A DNA stretch of 59,949 nucleotides, counting the filler, from Ionaspis alba (lineage: Eukaryota), in NCBI GenBank assembly GCA_964255285.1. It is 2 parts of 2 records of this genome, joined end to end, with 100 filler letters (N's around TTAATTAATTAA, not from the genome) between each part and the next. Parts side by side here need not be neighbours in the genome. Positions count along the whole stretch, not along the records: positions 1 to 30,055 come from CAXUUL010000118.1; 1 more part is not named here. One strand, 5' to 3'. The notes under the pieces were generated by a model. That model worked only from the letters and a program-made list of their open reading frames with translations, was not told the DNA's origin and did not search any database. Positions 12,276-24,265 of this stretch are shown piece after piece (the first letter of the stretch is position 1; every line of letters starts with the position of its first letter). A program made the position numbers and the translations under genes.

Positions 12276-15072
12276 TCAATCATAACGGCCACGGTGAGGA
12301 AGGGCTCGACTTCGGTTGGGGGAGTCCGCTTGACTGCTCTTGTCTTCCTGGCATATTGATAGGGATACTGTCCTGGATACGTCGTACAGGGAAGGCCTTG
12401 ACCAATGTCTGCGGATCCTGAGCGGTTGCCGCCCAGGTCCCCCAACAGAATAACGTGAACTCCGTAGCGACGTTTGCGGCCTGGGATTCTGAACATCATG
12501 AATCCTTTGGGACGTTTGCTCCCTCGCCGATATACCGTCCGAATTCGTTCGAGTCGTATTCCCCGTTACACTGTCTTGGGACCCCTCCATAAGGGCCGCC
12601 TCAACCATATTTTCGCGGATCAGAGGCGATTTCTGCATGGACTTCATCCATAGAGACCTTCGTTGTCTCTGTCTCGCTCTTGCACTCTCTGAACTCGTTC
12701 GAGCCTCATTTTTCGTGTCTTCGGGATTTCTTGGAAGGGATAGTACTCTCCTGCCGGCTTTTTTACCCTGACTGGCGGCTTCACCTCCCTTACCTTCGGT
12801 TTCGCCTTCGGAGAAATGATAGCCCAGTGAAAAAGACGAATGGCTTTGTTTGCGACTACTTTCGAGCTGGGCTTCTTTGTCCACCGAACTCGATTGTTCA
12901 GTGGTAGAAGAGAGAACGCCAGGATAGGAATCGCCCTGCTCAGGACTTGCTTCGACTTCTCGATCGATCTGAGCTCCTAGCTCGGTTACGGCACGTTGCG
13001 CCTTACCTTTCGGCGGCCTTGGACCAGCGCTACGCTCATCAGATAGGCTGCGAGCCCGCTTGCGTGCCCGCTTGCGTAGTTCCGAAGCGATCCTTCCAGT
13101 GGCTGGGGTAGTAGGTACAATGGTCTTTGCGCCTCTAGAAGATGAGGTGGCTAGACTAAATGCCGGGCTGGAGACTGGACGCGGTTGCTTTATATATGCA
13201 CCAGAAGTTGATTCCGCCTTCTCCTCTTGTTTTGGGGGCTTTCGGCCTGATATACTGCCTGGGAGAAGACTTGAGTCTCTCACCTTCCTAACGTAGGGTT
13301 GTATATCCTCACGCTTTGTGGATCGGCAGACTGCAAGCGGTGGTAGCTTTGTTTCCACAATGCGACCAATTTCCTGGGCACCAAATTTGGTAGATTTTGC
13401 AGGAGGCACGAGGTCGATGGATACACTTACACCGGTCTCAGACAATGCCCCGAAGAAGTTGCGGAGAATGATATACTCTGGCTCGGGTCCGTCAGGCGGT
13501 AGTCCATTCAAGAGTGGTGCTCTCTCGTCTCCTTCAGCAAGAGCAGCCCCGAATAAAATTTGTGAGCGCACGTATATATCTTTCGGCGATGGACCGTCCT
13601 TATCAGATTTTTGGTACAACCGATTGACAGGTTTGAATTTCTGAGACAATGCGTAAAACGAGACTACGTCTCCTGGTCTTACGACTTCGCCCAAGGCCTC
13701 CCGTCGCTCTGCCTGGAAATCTAGCTCGTCTCCGAACTTCGACTGCACATCTTCCGCGGGGCTGTCAAAAGACGATTTGGGATCCAGGGAGATAAGCCCT
13801 CGCCTATTACCCCATCCTCCGCCCCCACTGAGCACTTTGTGGAAGTGATGACCATGCGTAACAGCTTCACCCAAATCTAATGGCTTCTTGGGCTGAGCTC
13901 GCCATATTTCGCGAGGAATGACTTCAGCCCATACTTCGGAGTGATAGATGACCTCACTGTTTTGTTTTGACCGACCATTGATTTGATCTTCAAGTTCTCG
14001 TGAGGCAGTTGCTGTTTGATCTGGGCTGTCACCAATCTGTAGTCTTCTTACAATGTTGCCCATTGAGTCGGCGACTATTCGAGGTGGGGTGAGGCGAACG
14101 AAAGGGAAAAATCCTTGGAACTCGATCGCAGCATCCGGAAATCTAAGTGAGTCAAGTTGCAGTTCTTGATGTTCCAGGGGTAGATGTCTTATACGGGTCC
14201 ATCCGTGATTTCCTTTTTGAATGTTTACTGCCTTCCAGCATTGAGCACTCATTGTAGAAGCCAGACCATTCTGGAATAACGTGCTAGCTAAAGGTAACTG
14301 AATCTTATATATTAGGTGAGGTACGGCTTTGTTCTGCCTTGCTTGTTGTCTCAGCCGCGCACGAGAAGGTCTAAGAACCAATGTAACCGTGTGCTGGCGA
14401 TCTGCCCACCTCTTCTTTGACGGCTCTTGGGCCAGTGCTGATGCCGACCACAGGTCTGGTGCTGCGTCCTTTGAAGGGGCAATGTAGATGGAAACACCTT
14501 CAGATCCATGGGCTAGGCTTCCATGACTAAAACCTAGTTGATCTATTTCGCTTTCTGAGGGAAACGGAATACGGTCCACAACTGCAGCTAGTACGTCAAC
14601 CTGGTGACCGGTGGGTGTTAGTGAGAAAGTACGCCGTAGAATCTTCGGAATGAAAGTGTTGTCATGGTCGAGTAAAGCAGCCACGGATCGTGTAACGAAG
14701 ATTATGAGAAGATACCGATGGTTGTCCCATTTAATACTCGGAAGTGGGAAGTCGAGGGGTCGTGACAGCTTATTTCCTTAGCATTACATCAACTTTGAAG
14801 AGCTCGAGACGAACAAAGGTATCTGGGAAATTCGACAGCACCGAAGCACGGTACTTCTGCGCCGTTTGCACAGGTACTGGTGGACTTGTATCCCAGGGTA
14901 CGCTTCCATGGTTCTTTTCAACGTGTGAGAGAGCCGAAGGCACTGTAGTAAATGCTAACATGCTCTGTCGTGGCCGGCGCTGTGACGTTGAAGAGCTTTG
15001 CCATGTTGCGCGGCTTGGAGTTGAGAGTACTCTGGAAAGCCTTGCTCCTGGAGCAGCAAAAGTAAATTTCAT
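12276..15072 (-). CDS. Conserved fungal hypothetical protein, possibly mitochondrial
   Basis: 802-aa ORF with 'LPLASTLFQNG', 'LTPPRIVADSMGNIVR' and 'HKVLSGGGGWG..GLISLDP', recalled as a conserved Pezizomycotina family. The upstream R/S-rich exon (14770..15072) resembles a mitochondrial presequence and is joined through a probable intron near 14770-14815. Confidence 0.75.
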
Positions 15073-15450
15073 GTCATAAAGTTGCGACCATCCCCAATAA
15101 CTGTGGCATCATGCTCTTTGGCACTTGAGGAAGATGTGATCGGTCGAGCTGCTGGTGACGTTCAACTGATCCGAAGACGATCGAAAGGACCAATTCAGTA
15201 TAGCTCCGCCAAGAAACAGACACAACCCCTGAAATCAGGAAGTTTATCCTTGTGCTCTCGTTTATTCTGTGGAAACGACGAGCACTTAGGTTGCAAATGC
15301 AGATACAGCGGCAGAAGCGTACTATGGTTTATTCCCGTCTGTCTTATAATGAGTCAAGCATTTAGGATGCTATGAGTGCGGGCGGGCCCTTTCACGATTG
15401 TGCATCTAGGTTCCAGTCAATGGCCGCCGAGCTGCGTCATTGCCCCAGAG

Positions 15451-18400
15451 ATGGATCCTTTGTCCCGCACCATAAATAGTGAAAGCGCTATTGACCCAAA
15501 AGATAGCACAAACTCCCGCACCTTACTCTTCTCTTCATCTGCTTCCTCTAATACAAGCAGAAAAGGACGCTTCGAAGCCGGTGCAATTGACCAGACCATT
15601 GGTCGAGCAAGCATGTCGATGCCCCCGCCCTCCAAGTTAGCTGCATCCTACAAAACGTCCAGTCGCCCATCCTCGGTACTTACTGCCAGTGAATATGGCA
15701 CAGAGGGGGACGAGGGTAGTAGCAGTGTGGACAAAAGTGTTGAATTGACGGACGACCTTGAGAAAACGCCAAACATCGGTGGGGGTGAAGGTCGATCCGC
15801 CTCGGTCTCTTATGGCCCATTGACACTTCCGGACGCTGCGTTGAGGCCTCCAAAAGCCGCAAGCGCAGATGGCGAAAGTAATCGGATGTCTTTTTCATCA
15901 CTTTTCTCCATGGGCTCGGCCGTTCATGGTGGTGCGGCAGGACCCAGTGCTCCTCAAAGTACCGCCAGTTCAAACGCTGGATCCGTCAAAGGCTATGTGC
16001 CGGATCAGAACAACACTACGACAGGTCCGTTGTCTCCGTCCTTGGGGCCTGGTAAGGGGGACGCTTCGTCAGCGCCCACTACAGCGACTGATCCAGTGTC
16101 CGTCACCACCACCTCGCACCGCCAACAGCCTGGCTTGATGAGTCCACCAAGGCAGCATTCCCAGCAGAACCTGACGGTTGCTGCGAAACATCTAGAGTCA
16201 TGGAGCACAAGTCCACTTCCGAGATCTGACAACAGGTCGAGAAGCCGGACACAAAGACGACCGAGTGGTAGTACAGCAGCAAGCAGTGCTAGTCCAAACA
16301 ACGCAGATCGAGGTAAGAATGAGTTCTATGGTTTGGTGTTGCTCGCCCAGTACACCTTGACTTTTCTAGTGTAACCAATGCCTGCGAACCCTTCCCTCTG
16401 ATATAATTCAATGAGCAAGTTATTGCTCCACTAGTAGTGACAATGCTAAACTCCGTGTTAGTAAGGACTCCGGCCCTTGGTAAATTAGGCGTGTGTGCTC
16501 TAGACTCCAAAGCCCGTAGCAAGCCGAGTCGTAATATTCTTACGCGTTTGCAAAAAAATGGAGATTTCGAGGTTATCGTTTTTGGTGATAAGGTCATTCT
16601 TGATGAAGGTCTGTCAACATGTTTTTGGCCTACTGTTCTATGGCCTCATGCCTGTTAATTGGCGGGGGCTGTTCCGAAACTTGCTAACGGAACAGCTGCA
16701 CAGCTGTGGAGAATTGGCCGCTCTGGTATGTCTCGACCTGCCAGAAACCCTGTAGCCACTCGTCGTTCTTGCGATGCTACTTCTCTCATGGTTCTGTTTA
16801 AAAGCCATTTATGTGTTGTTGTGGAACCGCCATGTTCATTGATCACTTTTTGCACTCTAAAGCGTATTATGTGTAATTCCATTGTGACTTCACATCGTAA
16901 CATCAGGGTCCATGGCGAGCCTATTAACCAAGTGAATAGCGATTATCTCATCTCGTTCTTCTCCGATGGTTTTCCCTTGGACAAGGCGATTGCTTACGCG
17001 CAGCTCCGCAAGCCTTTCTGTGTCAACGATCTTCCCATGCAAAAAGTACTTTGGGATCGTCGGCTCTGCCTAAGGATTCTGGACAGCATGGGCGTACCGA
17101 CACCAAAGCGTGTAGAAGTCAACAGAGATGGAGGGCCGACACTTGAATCAGCGGATCTGGCCCACCATGTCCACCACATGAGCGGAGTCAAACTAGAAGG
17201 ACCAGAGAATGGCATGGGCGGAGGAATTCCCATCACAAAGAACGTTAAGCTGAGTGAAGACGAGGACACTTTAACTGTCGATGGAATCTCACTGGCCAAA
17301 CCTTTCGTTGAAAAACCTGTGAATGGTGAGGATCACAATGTGCGCATTTACTTCCCAAAGAGTGCTGGTGGCGGAGGTCGGAAGCTTTTCCGTAAGATAG
17401 GCAATAAAAGCTCGGAATGGGATAGTAATCTTACCATACCGAGAGCAATTTCGGAAGAAGGGAGCAGTTATCTCTATGAGAAGTTCCTTGACGTCGATAA
17501 CGCAGAAGACGTCAAAGCTTATACAGTAGGGTCTGAATTCTGTCATGCAGAAACGCGAAAGTCACCCGTGGTGGACGGCTTAGTACGACGGAATACTCAT
17601 GGCAAGGAGATCAGGTACATAACGAGCTTGACTAAAGAAGAGGCAGTTATGGCTTCGAAGATCGCCACGGGTTTTGGTCAACGTATATGTGGTTTCGACC
17701 TATTACGTGCTGGGAATAAAAGCTATGTCATTGATGTCAATGGATGGAGTTTCGTGAAAGACAACAATGAATATTACGACAAGTGTGCAAGCATACTGAA
17801 GCAGATGTTTATTCTCGAGAAACAAAAGCGGGAAGGCTACAAGTCAGGCTCAGAAAAGAGCTCGGAACCTCCTGCGGAGGTGACCTCACCACGACAGAAC
17901 ACGGCAAGTCATCGTTCGACTCTGAAGGGACTTTTTAAGTCGCCGAGCCTTTCCAAATTACGCGGATCTCATCATGGTCAGCCACCGCAAGGAAAAGCTT
18001 CACCAGATATATCACTGTCCTCAACTCCGCTCACTTCACCACCAAGTATGGAGAAACGACCAGGGCCTGGTCTGCCATCCATGCCAGCTGCCAGTGCTGA
18101 TCAACTTCCCCCAACGTATCTGTCAGATATTCATCACGATCCGTTGGACATCGACGCCTCAGCGTCTGTCGACCAACTAGCAAAGGATACCGCACCCCTA
18201 CCGGCTTCGAAGCACTCTTGGAAACTCAAGGGTATGGTCGCTGTGATACGACATGCTGATCGGACCCCCAAGCAGAAGTTCAAATTCACCTTCCATACCC
18301 AACCGTTTGTTGACCTGCTGAAAGGCCACCAAGAGGAAGTCCTACTAAAGGGCGAAGCTGCCCTCAACAGTGTAGTAGATGCGGTCAAGTTAGCAATGCA

Positions 18401-20561
18401 GGAGGGCATCGAGGATCCCGCAAAGCTTACTCTGCTTAGAACTTCTCTGGCAAGGAAAGGGGCTTGGACTGGAACAAAGGTCCAGATCAAGCCAATGTTC
18501 CGGAAGAGGAAACCGGAAGAGATGCTTGCTAAGATGAACGGCCAAATAGATGGAGAATCCTTACAAAGGCTGGCTTCCTTTCCCAAGTCAACCAGCCTTG
18601 ACGAGAAAGAGGATTTGACACGATCTCCTTCAAGAAAGGATTCCTTGGCGGGCGTCACCCTATCAAGATTCTCAGCTGTTGAGAACGATCTCGTCCTCGA
18701 CAAGTTGCAACTGATCATAAAATGGGGCGGAGAACCTACTCATTCTGCTCGGTATCAGTCACAAGATCTTGGAGAAAATATGAGGAACGATCTCCTTCTT
18801 ATGAATAGAGAGGTCCTGGGCGATGTGAGAGTCTTTACAAGTTCAGAAAGAAGGGTCAGCACGAGCGGTAAGTTTCAATACTTCAAGGTCCAAATGGTAA
18901 GAGAAGAACCCTGGCTCACGCTCCAAATAGCACAGATCTGGGCCGCCTCATTCTTAGACAAGAAAGACGTGCCAGAAAACTTCATCTCGGTACGAAAGGA
19001 TCTTCTAGACGATTCGAATGCGGCGAAAGATGTCATGGACAAGGTCAAGAAGAAGCTAAAGCTTCTACTTAGAGAAGGGCATGAAGCTCCACCACAGTTC
19101 GCTTGGCCGCCGAATACGCCAGAGCCTTCGATAGTGGTGAAAAGGGTCTCTGAGCTAATGAGATTTCATCGGCGAGTCATGAGACATAATTTCAACAAGT
19201 TAGCTGGCAGCGCCACTTCTATGCTTTCGTCCTTGAACGACAGCAGCGAAGTCAATGCTTCCTCGTCGCCAGGCGGGATGCGAGCTCTCGCACAGGCTCA
19301 AGCGTTGACTTCTATCCAAGCAAGGTGGTGTTGTGGTGAGGATGCCGAACTTTTCAAGGAGAGGTGGGAGAAACTCTTTTCCGAATTCTCGGACTCCGAG
19401 AAAGTGGATCCGAGCAAGATATCCGAGCTCTACGACACCATGAAATTTGATGCCTTGCACAATCGACAGTTTCTGGAATGGGTCTTCACGCCAAGCGCTA
19501 GTATCTTAGAAGAAGAGGCAGCTCTCGCAGATAATGAAGGGAAGACGACCACAGGTGCTAGTGCTGAAGAAGCTCGAGACTCCCTAGACAAAGCAGACAA
19601 ATCAGAAGGCAACGGCTTCCAGACCGCTCAGAAGTCGGCTGAGCAGGCGGTGGAAAAGCCAATTGAGAAGTCGGTCGAGAAGCCGGATGAGAAGGCTAGT
19701 GCAGAAAAGGCACAAGAAAAGGCCACTTCAAATAATCTTGCGCAGCGCATGGGTTTCCGTCGCAAATCGGTCATGAACACGACCGCCTCCTCCCCAGCTC
19801 CAGTACCCACAGAAGAAGAGCAAGGCTCCTATTTCAAGCTCTTCAGCGGTAGCGGCAAATCCAAAGCAATCCTGGACGCTCGGCTCGAAAAACTGCGCGA
19901 GCTATACAAGCTAGCCAAGGTGCTCTTCGACTTCGTCTGCCCGCAAGAATACGGCATCGAAGACAGCGAGAAGTTAGAGATTGGCCTGCTTACCTCTCTT
20001 CCCCTGCTCAAAGAAATCGTCAAAGATCTCGAAGAGGTCCAAGCTTCCGAAGACGCCAAGTCGTTCATTTATTTCACGAAAGAATCACATATTTATACTT
20101 TGATGAATTGCATCCTAGAAGGCGGCGTCAAGACCAAGATTGCCCGACCCGCCATCCCCGAGCTCGACTACCTCAGCCAAATCGTCTTCGAGATCTATGA
20201 GTCCGAAGATAAAGACGCTGATTCCTTCGCCTACAGCATCCGGATCAGTATCACCCCCGGGTGTCACACTTTCGATCCTTTGGATGTGCAATTGGACTCA
20301 AAGCACTCGATTGGGTGCGCCCCTAGGCGGAGTCTGACAAGCCATGAGGATTGGAAAGAGGTCATTGGCACTTTGAGGGCCAAGTTCGATACGGTCAAGT
20401 TGCCGAGGAGCTTCTTGGCGGTCAATTTGAGTGAGAGGGGGGAGGTGGGGAAGGGGCCGGAGGAAGCGACTGCGGGTGAGATTAAGGAGGAGTTGGCAAG
20501 GCAGGAGCAGGGTCAACGAGAGGATGAGGAGGCATCAAGACGGACGTTTTGTGCAGAGTGA
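15451..20561 (+). CDS. vip1: Inositol hexakisphosphate/diphosphoinositol-pentakisphosphate kinase (Vip1/Asp1/PPIP5K)
   Basis: ATP-grasp kinase motifs '[13 protein letters not shown]', 'FVEKP', 'AETRKSP', '[10 protein letters not shown]', and a histidine-phosphatase domain '[10 protein letters not shown]'. Introns 16313..16461, 16609..16703 and 16726..16939, plus an in-frame intron at about 18868..18930. Confidence 0.96.
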
Positions 20562-21213
20562 ACTGAGGAAGAGTGAGGCTGCATTGTTATCACCATCGGG
20601 CATGTGAGAGTTGCTCAGCCGTTTTTTTCTGGAGCCTTGCGCCTTTTTAGCATGTGTATCGTGTTGTTCATTGCATGCATTAGCGGTGGGATAGACGCTA
20701 GAGTTGCATAAGCGCTGGTTTGGAGCATGTTGCATTCACTCTGGTTAGGCGAATAAATACAGACGAGCGAGAGCAGGAAGACCAGCATGCATTCAAGACT
20801 ACTGATTTATTTTAGTGTTGTCGGATAATGCATGCCTATCAAGCAGATCCAGGGATCAAACGTGGCTACCGTCAGGGGAACGTTACAATCTTGACTGTCC
20901 TGCCGTGAAGCAAAGGTTACACCGCCAATACTTGGAAAATCGCTAGCTGGAATGTGCAGGACCTTGTCGAATGTTGGAGATGACCACCCATATCTACTCT
21001 AGTCAAGCGACTCTATCAACCCCAATCCAGTCATAGAAACCAAGTCCCCAAATCCAAACTCCACCCAAATCTCACAAGAAGCGGACTGATACCGTGATCC
21101 CCACTCTACCCAATCCACCCAACCAAGCCCAGCCAAACCCACCTCCAACGCCCTTGCTAACCCTCGACCCCCCTTTCCCATTCCCCCCTTATCTACTTTC
21201 CCTGCTGAAGACC

Positions 21214-22764
21214 TCACCAATGACACAACCCCCCCTCACTATCATCCATCGCCCACGTCCCCGCCAACCCCACAATCTCCACCTGGCCATCCGCATGCTC
21301 CCCCATCTTCCCCAACGCAGCCACCTGCGCCGCCGGCCCATTCCTGAGCAACCGTCTCGCCCACGCATCAATCGCCGGCTCCCCCGTCTCATCTCTCGCC
21401 TGCTTGAGGAACGGAATCAACGCCGTGCCGCCCGTGCCGCGCAACTTCTTCGCATTGTTGGCACCGCCCTTGCCGTCCCCGGCATGGGCTTTGTGGGCGG
21501 ACGCTAGATTCAGCGGTTTGGAAGGAAGGGGGAGAGGGGCTGTTGAGTGCGGAGATGGGAGCTGGGAATGCGAGGTGGAGCGTGATTCGCGGGATTTGAC
21601 GATGATGTAGCGGGAGACCATTTGGATGTGCTTGTCGCGCAGGGCGCGCAACATGGCGAGACAGGCGTCGTAGGCGATGCTCAGAGCGCGATTGGACCGG
21701 TGCGAAGAGACGTATTCGCGAATGTTGGCGACGGTGGCGACGTCGGTTAGGAAGCGCCTATGGGGACCTGGCATGTAGGAGCGCATGTCTTGGATGAAGT
21801 TGTGGCTGGGTCCTTGCTCTGCTGTGGCTGGAGCCTGGGATGCGGAGACGCCGGTGGGACGGTGAGTAACGCCGAGGATGATGTCAAAGAATTGGATGAG
21901 CGAGCTTTGGGCGTTGCTGCCGCCGCCGTATTGGCGGTAGGGTTCTGTGCCGCTGCCGTCTTCGTAGATGACGCCGTGGGGGAGTCCGGCGTCGGCCATG
22001 TTCTTTGAGCCGGCGAGGAAGGGCCGGATGCGGTGGTAGAAGATGTGGGGGTCGCAGTTTTCGTACATGCGTGTTAGGAGGCTGCCGAGGTCGTCGAGAC
22101 GCTCGGCGAAGGTGTGCAGGGATTCGATGACAGTGCGGGAGTCGCTGTGGCGGGCGGCGGTTATGGCGGAGAGGAGGAGGGGGATGAGAGGCGCGCCGTG
22201 GGATTCGATGGCGATGGAGATGAGGTAGAACCAGGATTCGTCGAGGGAGCCGGTGAACGTGCTGAGAGTGGCGAGATTGGTCAGGGTGAGGGGTTCGGAG
22301 GGGAAGAGAGGTTTGAAGTTCCAGAGGCAGACGGAGGCGTAGGTTGCCACTGGGGGGAGCTCGAGGTGGTTGGATACTTGGAGGAAGGGGATGGCGATAG
22401 ATTGGGGAATTCGCTGGAGTAGGAGTCAGTATTTGGTAAGGATGCTGGCAGGTGGAGGGTAGTGGGTACGGACCTCCTCAGGCTTGTCTCCTCCCCAGAT
22501 GTAGGCATGTGTAATGAAGGCTAGTAGCATGTAGGCTCGCCGCCATTCTGCTGGGTCTTGTAGTCTCGAAGCCGAGAGGACTGGCAGTCTCTGGACCACC
22601 TCTCGTAATCTTCTGCTCAAGATTAGAGCTTGTAGGTTTGCCACTACCGCCTCCCATCTGTTGTAGTATGGATCTGGTAGGAGTTCCAGAGGAAGCTCGG
22701 CAGGCAGGAAGCCATTCTCCGGTGAGATACCGTAATCCTCAGGCAAGGGTATTGAGGGAAGCAT
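21214..22764 (-). CDS. BNA2: Indoleamine 2,3-dioxygenase (IdoA/Bna2 type)
   Basis: 'YGISPENGFLP', 'HAYIWG', 'FTGSLDESWFY', 'FYHRIRPFLAG', 'GGSNAQSS', 'MRSYMP', 'HIQMVSRYI', 'GTGGT'. Intron 22414..22473. Confidence 0.96.
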
Positions 22765-24265
22765 TGTCGATGTAGGATGGAGGAAGTGGGATGTCCTGCG
22801 GTCTTTGTGGGTTTTGTTTAATTGGGTTTTCCGCTAGCAGTAGATCAACCAGACCATTTGATAAGCAGAAGAAAAAGAAAAAAAGAAGAGGATCAAACAG
22901 ATCAAGGGGATCTATGTGCAAGAGGTAGAAGCTGGCTCGATATATACATGATAAGGAAGAAGAGATGATGGTAGCAGCAGTAGTAGGATGATTTACGGCG
23001 GGTTGAGACGAGGGCGAGAAGTGACTACTCGGTCAAGGAGGCAGCATGCTGACAGTCCCAATTAAATGGACCCATCAGCAAGCAAGAATGGATTGCTGAG
23101 AAATGCAGTCGCCTGGATGTCACAGTGACTAGACACACGTTTGGCGGGAAGAGCCTATCCCAGAGCAGCTTACGTGCTCTGGTTGGAGAATGGTCCAAGT
23201 CTACAGGTTAGAAAATATTTCTACCCAAATATTACCCCTCCATCATTCGTGGGTTCGTGGTTTCGTGCAGGAAGGCCATCAGGTCGGCTCAGGTTCTATC
23301 CATCAGCCCGGGTGCCTTTCCACGTTGCCTTGTTACATCGCTCCGTTTACAGTGCCTCAGCCTCCAGACTGTTGGAATGCTAGTTTTTCATTTCGATGTG
23401 ACGGGAAATTGTATCAGATACAGTTTTTCGGCACGTAAACACCCCGCTACTTTGCACGATGAGCAACAAGGAAGTCAGGAGGATTGCACGCAGTTAAATC
23501 CCTCAATCATACCGCCAGGTCAAATATCGAGGTTGACATGGCATCTTCCCCGTATGATTCATACCGGTCCCTTATTCTCTCCCACCGTGCCGTGCTGACT
23601 CCTCCCACTCACCTCAATCCCTCCCTATCTTTGGTAAAGGCTACATCCATGACCTGCAGGAGCACTAATGCCCTTGGGCTGAAGGCTCCACACCGTTTCT
23701 CTCATTCAGCCGCCAGATAGCCCGTCCTTTTCCAGTTTCATGCAAGCCCCCAATTCTTCTTCTGAGACATACCGCGTGGCTAGCTGCTCTTCGGGACAGC
23801 TGCAGTGTTAGAGAGAGAGAGTTTTGTTCTGAATTGTGCTGCACTTTCCTCACGTCTCGGTTTGACTTCGTTAGAGAACGGGTTTTCGGTCGAATGCAAT
23901 ACGCTAGGTCGTGTGAGCAGTGGCGATGATAGTGTGCTTGACTACTCCGATGCCTTCCCATGCAGACGTCATGGACTGCTTTCAAAGAAAGCATCATGCG
24001 TCAATTTTCTTGGGTACACCGGAGAAAGGAGCGCTTGTCTCGTTATTGGTCAATGATCCGCTGTGCCGGAATGGATGGCTCATTATCCCACTTCTTCCAG
24101 AGGAGTTTCTTTGCTCTTATAGATCACCATCGACATAGTGAAGTAGATATTCAAGGGAAATACAATGTATTCTAAGTCTTGTTCTGTACGTCTTTACCTC
24201 ATTTAGATAGGGCAGTCACCATGGCAGGATCAACCCCGGGTCGATCCGGCGTCATGTAATGTCCT

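Noticed and set aside
16659..16939. N-terminal 94 aa of the 1300-aa ORF as an unusual Vip1 extension
   Set aside because: This is read-through of introns. The conserved sequence is restored by the 22-nt microexon 16704..16725 (VENWPLC).
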